A DNA stretch of 54,145 nt from a virus. Its lineage: Duplodnaviria > Caudoviricetes. The notes below the pieces were generated by a model, which did no database searches, was not told where the DNA came from, and saw only the letters and a list, made by a program, of their open reading frames with translations. Numbering within the stretch: position 1 is the stretch's first letter; each line of letters starts with the position of its first letter. Positions 37,637 through 46,090 of the stretch are shown piece after piece. Location: positions 1 through 54,145 of the IMG/VR virus record IMGVR_UViG_3300010366_000002. One strand, written 5' to 3'. A program made the position numbers and the translations under genes.

Positions 37637-37932
37637 GTCTTCTTCCCCTTCGGCATCGCCACTAACTCTTTCATCGTCATATTATCACGGCCGTTGCGCC
37701 CCGCTACCCCAAACGTACTGGCACCATAGGTCGTATTGCCCTGGCCACGCCCATAGCCGTTGCCATTGCCATTGCCATTGCCATTCCCATTCTCTCTGCC
37801 GTTCCCATTCTCTCTACCATTGCCATTACCATTGCCGTTGCGCTCCAGCATCTTATGTGCCATCCGTTCAGTCTCAAGCGCTTTGGCGCCAATCGCGCGA
37901 GTCAAATCACCGTTTCTGCCGTTGCGTGCCAT
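37633..37932 (-). CDS. Small basic protein with Asn-Gly repeat
   Basis: NGNGNGNGRENGNGRENGNGNGNGNGNG; AAGGGG RBS. Confidence 0.6.
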   Translation of the reverse strand: MARNGRNGDLTRAIGAKALETERMAHKMLERNGNGNGNGRENGNGRENGNGNGNGNGNGYGRGQGNTTYGASTFGVAGRNGRDNMTMKELVAMPKGKKT

Positions 37933-38239
37933 TCTTTTTCCCCTTCTTGCTGCCACCCACTTCAATACCCGGATACTTCGCATGCACCTTGCGCTTCACC
38001 GCCGCCTGCTCCGCTGACGTGCCGTGTTGCGCCACCCGCGCTAAAGCGTTCCTAGCTCTGGCCTTTGTATCTATTGGATATGATCCTTTTTGACCCTTAC
38101 TCTTCTCTTCAGCAGTCGGGGGAAGAGCGAACTGGCCTTTGGACAAGCCCACCCGGCCGCTCGTGGTGATTTTGCCGCCCGATTCCTTCGCCGCCTTGAT
38201 CTTGCGGCCCGTCGCCGGATTCGTTTTTGTCTTCGCCAC
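37907..38239 (-). CDS. Small basic phage protein
   Basis: GGAGG RBS + GTG; QFALP..SYPIDTKARARNALAR. Confidence 0.7.
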   Translation of the reverse strand: MAKTKTNPATGRKIKAAKESGGKITTSGRVGLSKGQFALPPTAEEKSKGQKGSYPIDTKARARNALARVAQHGTSAEQAAVKRKVHAKYPGIEVGGSKKGKKNGTQRQKR

Positions 38240-38298
38240 GTTTCAGAACCTCCAGTATCTCTGGCAAGGATGCCGTCATCAACTGCACCAGGTCTGCC

Positions 38299-38595
38299 TC
38301 AGTCAGTATCAACATCCTCCTCCTCGGCAACAGCCGCAAACACGCGCCCACAGCAACTCATCCTCACAGGGAAGCCCTCGATCGGACGCCACTGACCACA
38401 GCACGCTATCTCCATCGGGGCATGGCCCTGCGTGCGGCGGGTATAAAGCGTACCGGCATAGTCAGCGGGTAGACGCGGACTCGGCGTATAGCACTGAGAA
38501 CAGGCGCTATACGGCTCTTGATCGTTGGGATAGCCACAGACGCCACAGAGGCCCGCGGCCCGGCGGCAACGATAAACCACAGAGGACGTCCCCAC
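38299..38595 (-). CDS. Cys-rich zinc-finger-like hypothetical protein
   Basis: CGVC, CSQC, CC pairs. Confidence 0.55.
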   Translation of the reverse strand: MGTSSVVYRCRRAAGLCGVCGYPNDQEPYSACSQCYTPSPRLPADYAGTLYTRRTQGHAPMEIACCGQWRPIEGFPVRMSCCGRVFAAVAEEEDVDTD

Positions 38596-38598
38596 CGT

Positions 38599-38835
38599 TT
38601 ACACCTGTCTCGGACGGCGCCGAAGCGACGCCAGATGCGCCTGGAAACGCGACTCACGCGCCTGCAGGGCCGTGCGCACCGCATGCGCCGCACTCTCCCA
38701 GGCTGAGCGCTGCTCGGGAGTCTGGTTCGGCCAGGCCGGTAACCCCTCGTTGTGCACGCTCCGCCAGCCCTGATGATCCCCATACGCCTCATAGGCGACC
38801 TGACCTAAGCTGCGCAGGGCTCTCGTATCGCTCAT
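38599..38835 (-). CDS. Hypothetical protein
   Basis: LGQVAYEAY...LPAW...AWESAA; GGAGG RBS, ATGA overlap. Confidence 0.65.
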   Translation of the reverse strand: MSDTRALRSLGQVAYEAYGDHQGWRSVHNEGLPAWPNQTPEQRSAWESAAHAVRTALQARESRFQAHLASLRRRPRQV

Positions 38836-39104
38836 GGCTGTGCCCCTCCGGTCACGGCCTGCGACTGCGGCTGTGGACCAGGCGCCAGCAGCAAGGCCGC
38901 CTGACTTACTGGATCGGCCAGGGAGTCAAAACCCGGCTGCGCCACGTGTTGTTGCACCGCTGGCCAGTCGACCTGGTCAAAGTTCGGGTACGCCTCCCGG
39001 TAGCGCTGGATCATGGCCTCCGTCTGCCGGATCCCCGCCCCCAGCTGCTCCCGCAGTTGTTGCCGTAAAGCTCTGGTTTCCATACTGCTCGTGCCGTTAG
39101 CCAC

Positions 39105-39560
39105 ATTTTCTCCAAGGGAGCTGCCGGCCTTCAGTCGGCAGGGGATTTGGAGGTTGAGCCCCACGGGCTTAACTCTTGTTCAAGGTCTGTTCAAGGTTTG
39201 TTCAGTCTTTGTTCACTGTTTCTCTTAGACATAGTGTGCTAGACTTTCAGACAGTATGCCTGCTCTTTCAAATATCGTTTGCGGGTTGCTGTTCGCAGGG
39301 AACAGCGTAAAAGCGATACCGCAAAGTTCGCACCATACGAGGTACTGCGTGGTCGTCTGGTTGTTTCAGCATATCGCTGGCCAGACATAAGACCATCCAT
39401 TCAGATGCCTCTTGCAGAGACTGTTGCTGTCTCTGTTGCGTCTGCTAGAAGGCTGGTCCTTTGGGGCAGACGTAAGTAAGAGTGATAGCATCTCACTCCC
39501 CTCAGGACGTTGAGGGCCAACCTGGGGAATCCGCCTGGTTTACCTGGCGGAGGACGTCAA
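39105..39560 (+). mobile_element. Non-autonomous IS200/IS605-family element B
   Basis: Target CCAC (39101-39104); GGAG before left-end hairpin CTGCCGGC-CTTCA-GTCGGCAG; right end GAAT...TCAA; precise excision restores the ORF. Confidence 0.92.
39252..39560 (+). ncRNA. omegaRNA-like ncRNA B (predicted guide GAGTTCCAGGTAGTGGTGAT, 39561-39580)
   Basis: TGcTAGACT -10 at 39237-39245; homologous to ncRNA A with compensatory changes. Confidence 0.7.
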
Positions 39561-39720
39561 GAGTTCCAGGTAGTGGTGATACTGCTGGCTGAATTGCGCT
39601 TGCAGCTGGGTGTAGCGGCGCTGGAGGTCCTCGTGGTGTCTGGTTAGGGCGCCCAGGCGTCCGCGCAGATCCTGGTTGTCGGCCTGGAGCGCTTGGACAT
39701 CCATCGATCGTCCTGCATCG

Positions 39721-40266
39721 CTAGCGCATCCCCCATGGCTGCCGATATAACTGTCCCAGGTTCGGCGCAAACGTGCCCGGTACAGACCCTTGCGGCGCTG
39801 GCGTCCCCTGCGGCGGCGCGTACATCCGCTCGATGGCGGGCGGCGCTGGATTCGCCCTGAACGTGCCCGGCACATACCCCGGTGGCGCTGGCGTCACCTG
39901 CGGCTCCTGGATCCGCTGCATGAGCGCCCAGTCCTCTGGCGACATCCCCACCGGCCCCAGCCCGGCCCGCTGCCGCGCCACTTCCCGCTCCAAAGCCGGT
40001 GGTGCCGGAAGCACCGTCCCCGTCGTCGGCATCGACTGCAGTTGCTGCCATAACTGCTGCACCGCCGCGTCAGACCCACTCGACTGTGCGGCCGGCCTCG
40101 GACTCCAGCCCCGGTAGATAGCCCGTAAGGCGTCTGCGGTCGTTCCCGTATCCCCCATACCGCCAACGTTTTGCTGCACCCACGACGGCCCCGCATCTAG
40201 CCACGAGCGCCCCAGTTGCGACCCAAGTAGCGCCCCGTACCAGTCCGACGCATCCCACGCCATCAT
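39721..40266 (-). CDS. Pro/Gln-rich hypothetical protein sharing its N-terminus with the upstream gene
   Basis: MMAWDASDWYGALLG; GGGGAG RBS. Confidence 0.65.
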   Translation of the reverse strand: MMAWDASDWYGALLGSQLGRSWLDAGPSWVQQNVGGMGDTGTTADALRAIYRGWSPRPAAQSSGSDAAVQQLWQQLQSMPTTGTVLPAPPALEREVARQRAGLGPVGMSPEDWALMQRIQEPQVTPAPPGYVPGTFRANPAPPAIERMYAPPQGTPAPQGSVPGTFAPNLGQLYRQPWGMR

Positions 40267-40274
40267 GCTCCCCC

Positions 40275-40790
40275 TTAGCGCCCCGGATAGTCCTTTTCGC
40301 CTGTTAGCCATTGCCGCAACACGTAATGCTCCACTGGCGTCAGGGGCTGTGGCAGATAATTCTGGTACACCGACGGATGCACCTCCCGCGCCGCCCCTAA
40401 CATCCGATCCATCAGCGCGTGCTGCGTCTCTACCGGTACCTGCGCCGTCTGCTGATTGAGGAAGTGCAGCAGTTCATGCCCGAGCGTATTCCACGTACTG
40501 GCGGGCACTTTCCCCGTCTGATACCGAATCACATTGGCCTCCGGGTCAAACGACCCGACCGCCTGCTCCCGCGCCATGAGTTGCGGATCCGGCAAGACGC
40601 TCACCGTCTGCGGCACCGCCTGCGCCTGCGCCAGAATACGCTTGTACTGATCCAGCAGGTAATCGCCCGACGGCTGCGCCTGCAACGACTGCATCATCGC
40701 CTGTCCCGACGGCGTCGTTACCACCTCCGCTTCCGCCTCTCGCGGCCCCAGCAGCGACGACAGCCAATCCTTCACATCCCACGCCATCAC
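40275..40790 (-). CDS. HEXXH zincin-like metallopeptidase domain protein
   Basis: GSFDPEANVIRY...TLGHELLHF; starts MMAWDVKDWLSSLLG. Confidence 0.65.
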   Translation of the reverse strand: MMAWDVKDWLSSLLGPREAEAEVVTTPSGQAMMQSLQAQPSGDYLLDQYKRILAQAQAVPQTVSVLPDPQLMAREQAVGSFDPEANVIRYQTGKVPASTWNTLGHELLHFLNQQTAQVPVETQHALMDRMLGAAREVHPSVYQNYLPQPLTPVEHYVLRQWLTGEKDYPGR

Positions 40791-43144
40791 TCACCGCCCT
40801 CGCCCTCTTCCCGTTCCTCAGCCTCTAGCCTGTCTAACTGCTCCCGCATCTGCTGCAGATGCCGCATCAGCCCCGCCACATTGCTCACCGCCGTGTGGGC
40901 GTCCTGGCGCCGACTCATCAGCATCTTGTCCCGCTCCAGCTCCAGCATGGCCATGTCTTGCCGCGCCTTCATCGCCGATTCGGTCGCTTGCAACTCGACT
41001 TCGCGCTCCTTCAGTTGGATCTCTCGCAGCTCCATCATGCGGTCCTGCTTCAGTTGCTGATTCTCCTGGGTGGCCTGGCTCGCCACCTGCTCCACTTGAC
41101 TCGCATGCGCATTGAGCGCCTGGGCCTCCTGCGTCTTTTGCTGCAGCCGCTGCATCACCACGGGTAACAGGTCTTCGGGCTTCTGACCTTCCTCGTCTTG
41201 CAAAATGCCAGGCGGCAGCGTCAACTTCGCCCGCCTGGCCGCCTCTTTGGCATCGTCAAAGTCCATATTGCCGATAATCAGGTCAGGAATCACGGCCCCG
41301 AGCGCCGGAATCTTATCGGCCACCTCGATCAGGTTCTCCGCCGTCTCCTGGCGCTGGGTCTTATAATTGGGACCCACATCCGTCACCACATCATACGTCC
41401 CCACGCTCAGGTTATAGATGCCCTCCACCCCGGCTTGCAGCTCTTGCAAACCAGCTTGCCGCGCTTGCGGGTCGGGGTGGAGCATAATCTGCCGCACGCT
41501 GTCATCCTTGCCCAGAATACGCAACACCCGATCAGGCTCCCGGTACACACGCGGAATGGCATCGACTAAAATCCGCATGACATGGCGCACCGCCCAGCGT
41601 AAATGCTCGGCATAGTGCGAACTCCCCATTTCACTCTCGGTACGCCGGATTTCCGCATGCCGCCCGCTCGTCTCATTCGACGGTTCGCCTAAATCGGCTG
41701 GCGTGAGTCCCGTCGTATTATATAGGTCCTGCTGCGCCTGCTGTCTGGCTACCGCAATCGCCTGAATGGCGGGCTCAGCCGTCTGCCGCTGCGGTGGCGG
41801 CATCAGCTGGCCATTGGGCGCAAAATCGGGATTGTACGCCAGATAACTGTATGCTACCGTGTTCGCGTTGGCCCATTCCGGGCGATTCTGAAACTGCTTC
41901 ACCGTCCCAATATACGAGGACTTGGGCGCCAGGGCGACCGTTTCCGCCCCCGTCGTCGTCCAGTAGTTATAGGCTCTCTGAGCATCAATCATGTCCCACA
42001 CCACGCCACGATATTCGACTTCGCCGTTGAGGTCAATCTCGTCGCCAATAACCGGGACAATCGGCAGATAGCGACTCGGCCAAATGGACCGCTCGACAAT
42101 CGTGTCTCCCACCAGTTTGCAAGCCCGGATAATCGGGAGTTCGCTCCGGCGCTGTTGCTGCACCGCGCCTGCTTCCGTGTCGAGGAGCGGCGTCACCCCA
42201 TAACGCAGCATTTCCCAGGCCACACTGGAGAGCAGCGCCGCTTCCTGCGCCTGCTCATCCTCGGTAAGTTCGTCCTGTACCTGCATAATGGGCACATAGC
42301 GCGTTTCGCCACTGGAGAGCTGCACCAACTGCACCTGCAACGCTTCCCGGTAGTAGTAATCGACAAGGAGTGCCTCGTCGCGGCTCACCCAGCCATCCCC
42401 CGTACTGGCCCAAGCGCTTGAGACCCCCCGTGGAATCTCGTAGCGTTCACATACATGCGCGCGGTTGAGCCGCTCAACCACTAACCCCCACTCCGCACTG
42501 TGATAATCGGGAGTCCGGCGCCCCGCGGGATCCAGGTAGACCGCAAAGGGATTCAGAATCCGCTCCAAGCGCAGGACCTGCTGAAAGCTCCATGGACTCT
42601 CATAGTCCGTGAGCACGCGCATATAGCCTTTACCGTGCGTCACGGCCGCATCAAACGCCGTATCGACGACCGTATCCCAGTCACTCGCCTGAAGAATGGC
42701 GCGAATGAGTCCGTCAAACACAGACGCCGTCTCGACGTCAGCGCCCGACCCCACCGGGCGCGTTTTCCCCGCCGGCCGGTTCTGCTGCTCGGCGTTCGTG
42801 ATCTGCCGGATAAATTTCCCCGTCTGGTTGATCGTGAGACACGGGCGCGGGTTGGGACCCGACGTGCGCACATAGATTTCGGCGGCTTCCCACTGTTCCC
42901 CGGCCCGGAATTTGAGGCATTTCAGCGCCTTGGTACGCCAGACGCCTTCGAAGCGCTCGACGGCCTGAAAGCGCTGGTGCGCCAAGTCACAGATGTAGCG
43001 GTCTTGCTGCACGCGACGCTCATACAGCGCTCGGTTATCGGCGTCAGAGCGGGTCTGGATGACCGGCTGACCGCGACTCGACACGCGGGGATCAGACCTG
43101 AAGGGCAGCGCCGTGGGAGAGAAACCAGGAGGCAGCGTCGCCAT
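40787..43144 (-). CDS. Portal protein (P22 gp1-like)
   Basis: GEQW, RPCLTIN, PIVPVIG, DAQRAYNY, NETSG, YDVVTDVGPNYKTQRQE; C-terminal coiled-coil barrel. Confidence 0.92.
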   Translation of the reverse strand: MATLPPGFSPTALPFRSDPRVSSRGQPVIQTRSDADNRALYERRVQQDRYICDLAHQRFQAVERFEGVWRTKALKCLKFRAGEQWEAAEIYVRTSGPNPRPCLTINQTGKFIRQITNAEQQNRPAGKTRPVGSGADVETASVFDGLIRAILQASDWDTVVDTAFDAAVTHGKGYMRVLTDYESPWSFQQVLRLERILNPFAVYLDPAGRRTPDYHSAEWGLVVERLNRAHVCERYEIPRGVSSAWASTGDGWVSRDEALLVDYYYREALQVQLVQLSSGETRYVPIMQVQDELTEDEQAQEAALLSSVAWEMLRYGVTPLLDTEAGAVQQQRRSELPIIRACKLVGDTIVERSIWPSRYLPIVPVIGDEIDLNGEVEYRGVVWDMIDAQRAYNYWTTTGAETVALAPKSSYIGTVKQFQNRPEWANANTVAYSYLAYNPDFAPNGQLMPPPQRQTAEPAIQAIAVARQQAQQDLYNTTGLTPADLGEPSNETSGRHAEIRRTESEMGSSHYAEHLRWAVRHVMRILVDAIPRVYREPDRVLRILGKDDSVRQIMLHPDPQARQAGLQELQAGVEGIYNLSVGTYDVVTDVGPNYKTQRQETAENLIEVADKIPALGAVIPDLIIGNMDFDDAKEAARRAKLTLPPGILQDEEGQKPEDLLPVVMQRLQQKTQEAQALNAHASQVEQVASQATQENQQLKQDRMMELREIQLKEREVELQATESAMKARQDMAMLELERDKMLMSRRQDAHTAVSNVAGLMRHLQQMREQLDRLEAEEREEGEGGE

Positions 43145-43309
43145 TTATTTTTTCGCCTTCACTTTTTCGGGGAGCTTCTTCCCTTTGGGCTTCCTAGCCA
43201 TCTCTTCGAGCTTCGCTTCACTCATACCGGTCTGGGTCTTTTCTCCAGCACGGGCACGGGCAAGCTCTGCGCCCATAAACCGTTGCTGCCGCTTGCTCCT
43301 ACTAGGCAT
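43145..43309 (-). CDS. Small basic protein (DUF3008-like)
   Basis: MPSRSKRQQRFMGAELAR...MSEAKLEEMA...KLPEKV; AGGAGG RBS. Confidence 0.7.
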   Translation of the reverse strand: MPSRSKRQQRFMGAELARARAGEKTQTGMSEAKLEEMARKPKGKKLPEKVKAKK

Positions 43310-43310
43310 T

Positions 43311-43520
43311 TCAGTCCCTCCTTTCACCTAAACGTGGCGCCGGCGCTGGCGGCGCTGAAGCTTCTGTGGCTTCCTGGTCTGCCGCCGTGTCCGCCGTCGC
43401 CGTCTCTGGCACAATAATCAGGCAGGCTTCCGGTTCGAGCCAGCCCTCAACAAACTCAGCCCGCGTGAGCAGCACGGCCCGGCGCTGACCACAGTGGGGA
43501 CACACGGCAAGAATTTGCAT
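43311..43520 (-). CDS. Hypothetical protein
   Basis: GAGGA RBS; CPHC. Confidence 0.5.
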   Translation of the reverse strand: MQILAVCPHCGQRRAVLLTRAEFVEGWLEPEACLIIVPETATADTAADQEATEASAPPAPAPRLGERRD

Positions 43521-43715
43521 GGCGAGTCCTCATCCCAATCAGTGCAAATACAGCCAGGCAGTCACCGCGCCCACGAGCAGCCCTACCAGCAGGCCCGTCC
43601 AGAACGCCACGGCCACGAGCGACGGCGGGGGGGACGCTTCCATCAGGACGAGGACACGGCGCTCGGCGGTATTGTCGTTGGCAGAACGAGAGAGAAACAC
43701 AATTCAGCCTTTTCC

Positions 43716-43913
43716 TTATGCCGGTGGTGCTGGCTGCCCATCGATCATCACCACATGCAGCGGGCACAGCAGCAGCGTCCCAAACTCCCGCCAACCGGGC
43801 GGGGCCGCGACCTCTGGAATGGCCGACTTGGGCACCGCTTCGGCATGCTGCGTCTCAGTCGAATCACACCCGGCAATCGAGCAATGGTACGTATAGGTAC
43901 AGTCTAGTGTCAT
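43716..43913 (-). CDS. Small Cys/His hypothetical protein
   Basis: AGAGGA RBS; CSIAGC...LCPLH. Confidence 0.55.
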   Translation of the reverse strand: MTLDCTYTYHCSIAGCDSTETQHAEAVPKSAIPEVAAPPGWREFGTLLLCPLHVVMIDGQPAPPA

Positions 43914-43926
43914 ATAGAGTCCTCTG

Positions 43927-44343
43927 TTAAGGGAGGTCTTCCCCAACTGTGACTGATGAATCGGTACCACCTTGCCGGATGCAGCTCCAGGCTTGCTGCC
44001 CGGCCTGCGTGGGAATGGTCAGGATGGTGTTGCCGGGAATGGTCAGGCCCACGGTTGCCGAGGGCGTCAACGTATATTTACCCGTAGTCTCAGCACAGTT
44101 GACCGGGTTTGCCGTCGCATTGGTGATGGTCAGGCGGCACCGTGACGTGTTGGCATCGACGATGGGCACCACGACCGTCGAAACCGCAATCGCTGCCCCA
44201 GCGGTGCCCTTGGCGTTAATACGAAAGTCATGACAACTAGGGACAGGCTGTTGAGCCATGCTACTAATAGCCCACAAGAGGCTTCCAATGAACAGCGCCA
44301 GCGCCAGGAAGCCAACGTTACGGCAGAGTGTCTTTATGCTCAT
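43927..44343 (-). CDS. Signal-peptide 4-Cys beta protein; paralog of 19779-20249
   Basis: MSIKTLCRNVGFLALALFIGSLLWAISSMA-QQ. Confidence 0.75.
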   Translation of the reverse strand: MSIKTLCRNVGFLALALFIGSLLWAISSMAQQPVPSCHDFRINAKGTAGAAIAVSTVVVPIVDANTSRCRLTITNATANPVNCAETTGKYTLTPSATVGLTIPGNTILTIPTQAGQQAWSCIRQGGTDSSVTVGEDLP

Positions 44344-44479
44344 ACGCTTCCAGCCATCTTTCCATTTGCACACGTAACCACGCGGGAAACCGGAGATGAT
44401 GCCGCCGCAGCGCCTTGTACATCCGCCGTTTCAGCGTCACGGGAATCGTCGCCTTCATTTGCGCTGTCGGCATGCGCAT
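44318..44479 (-). CDS. 53-aa basic protein, ribbon-helix-helix-like
   Basis: Read manually: MRMPTAQMKATIPVTLKRRMYKALRRHHLRFPAWLRVQMERWL...; AGGA RBS. Confidence 0.5.
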   Translation of the reverse strand: MRMPTAQMKATIPVTLKRRMYKALRRHHLRFPAWLRVQMERWLEAYEHKDTLP

Positions 44480-44656
44480 AGCAAATCCTGTATACTTATT
44501 AGGACTACACTCATACGAGAATTTAAATAAAGCGGATCAGTGTAGCAACCATGCGGCACGGCGTCAGTACCGCACTTCTCCACACTTGTGCACAGCCCGC
44601 ACCGCCGCCACACTCATACGATTCTCTCGCGTTTTCCACATTTTATGCACAGCCCC

Positions 44657-46090
44657 CTAGTGCCCCATCCAGGAGGTCGAACGCCCACCAAAGCGCCCAA
44701 GCACCATCGGCGGTGGCGTGGGCGGCTCTGGCGTCTCCTGCAAACGAAACTCATCCTCGATGCCCGCCACCACGTCCAGACTATTAGCCAATGTCCGTAG
44801 GGCATCACTCCCATGTGAGGCCCAGTCGTGTTCGGGATGCGCCGCAAAGGTCTTCTTCACCTCATCCCACTCGTGTTTATAATCGCGCAATGCGTTGATG
44901 CCGACGGCACAACCCTCCTCATCAAACAGCAGCCTGGGAAACAGGGTCCGCACGTTATCAATACCCGTGACCAGGCTAGTCCGTTGCACCGAGCGCACCA
45001 TGCCCTGCACAAGGCGCTGCAGCACGTCTTCCCGGCGTTCCCCCGTGCCCCACTCCCGGTTATGGCCATCATGCGGCAACAGATGGGCACGGTAATTGCC
45101 CTGATACGGCAACGCAGAGAGATACTGCCCGTAATGCGTCGCCCCGTAACCGTGATTCTCGTAGTAGTGCACACAACACACCTGGCGCCCGATGAACTGC
45201 ACACACCAGATACTGGTATAGTCGTCGATCCCTAAGTCCCAGAACGTATACACGGGATAGGTGGGGTCGTAGGGACAGCGCGTGATGCGCCGTTCCTGGT
45301 CGACCTGGCGAAATTCGTTAGCGTAGTAGGCCCCAGGGATGGCCGCTTCCCAGCTGAGAAAATACTCCTGGTCAATCAGATCCTGCGACATACCTTCTCG
45401 ACGATCGGCCTCGATATCGGCCTTACTAATCACGGGCTTGCCATCCTCGCCCTGGCCATCCCGGCGTGTCTGCTCCACGCTGAGCACCTCGACGTACCAG
45501 TCGGGATTATTGACGTTGGTGCGGTAGAGCTCATAGCCATGGTTTTTGCCGCGTGGCGTGTAGGCAAAGGCCGCCCAGCCGCCATTTTCGCGCAGAATCG
45601 GCCGGGCAATGTTCCACCCCGCCGGATTCTGAAGGGCATATTCACTAAAAATCATGCCGACGCCATTGCCACCCACCAGTACATCAAGGTTACGGTCCGT
45701 ACCGAGAATCTGATACGTCGAACCAGGCTTCCTTTTGTCCATAGGGTCGACCAGGACAATCTGCATATCGGCTTTATTAGGCTCCTGGTAGAGCAGGTCA
45801 GGGGGAAAGTGATCGAGGTAGCGGTTGCCGTCGCGGTCAATACCGTCCCAGATAACGCGCCGGCCCTGATTTAACTTGGGAAAAATGTGGTAGTAGTTGC
45901 CGACACGATCGAGCATTTGTTCGATCAAAAAATTCAAGATAGTCTTGTCTTTCCCAGCACGACGATGCCACACAAGCAGGAAGCGGCGAATCCCGCTATC
46001 CCAGGCATCCCAGAGACGCCATTGGTACGAACGTGGTTGAAATAAATAGGGCAAATCAAGCAGGATTTCGGTAGGGGTTTCAGTGCGCAC
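44657..46090 (-). CDS. terL: Terminase large subunit
   Basis: PRSYQ, WHRRAGKD Walker A, IFSEYA Walker B, YTPRGKNH, WDLGIDD, SHGSDA. Confidence 0.95.
   Translation of the reverse strand: MRTETPTEILLDLPYLFQPRSYQWRLWDAWDSGIRRFLLVWHRRAGKDKTILNFLIEQMLDRVGNYYHIFPKLNQGRRVIWDGIDRDGNRYLDHFPPDLLYQEPNKADMQIVLVDPMDKRKPGSTYQILGTDRNLDVLVGGNGVGMIFSEYALQNPAGWNIARPILRENGGWAAFAYTPRGKNHGYELYRTNVNNPDWYVEVLSVEQTRRDGQGEDGKPVISKADIEADRREGMSQDLIDQEYFLSWEAAIPGAYYANEFRQVDQERRITRCPYDPTYPVYTFWDLGIDDYTSIWCVQFIGRQVCCVHYYENHGYGATHYGQYLSALPYQGNYRAHLLPHDGHNREWGTGERREDVLQRLVQGMVRSVQRTSLVTGIDNVRTLFPRLLFDEEGCAVGINALRDYKHEWDEVKKTFAAHPEHDWASHGSDALRTLANSLDVVAGIEDEFRLQETPEPPTPPPMVLGRFGGRSTSWMGH

Larger units (their letters stand above)
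38832..39704 (-). pseudogene. 138-aa coiled-coil gene split by element B (39704-39561 + 39104-38832)
   Basis: Excision joins ...QQYHHYLEL to VANGTSSMETRAL... in frame (144 + 273 nt). Confidence 0.85.

Noticed and set aside
39274-39324. Pseudoknot module as HDV-like or twister ribozyme
   Set aside because: No P4/J4-2 catalytic C segment and twister conserved residues are not matched by eye
39105-39560. Elements as self-splicing IStrons
   Set aside because: No group I core seen, right ends finish in TCAA/TCAC rather than G, and B is antisense to the gene it interrupts
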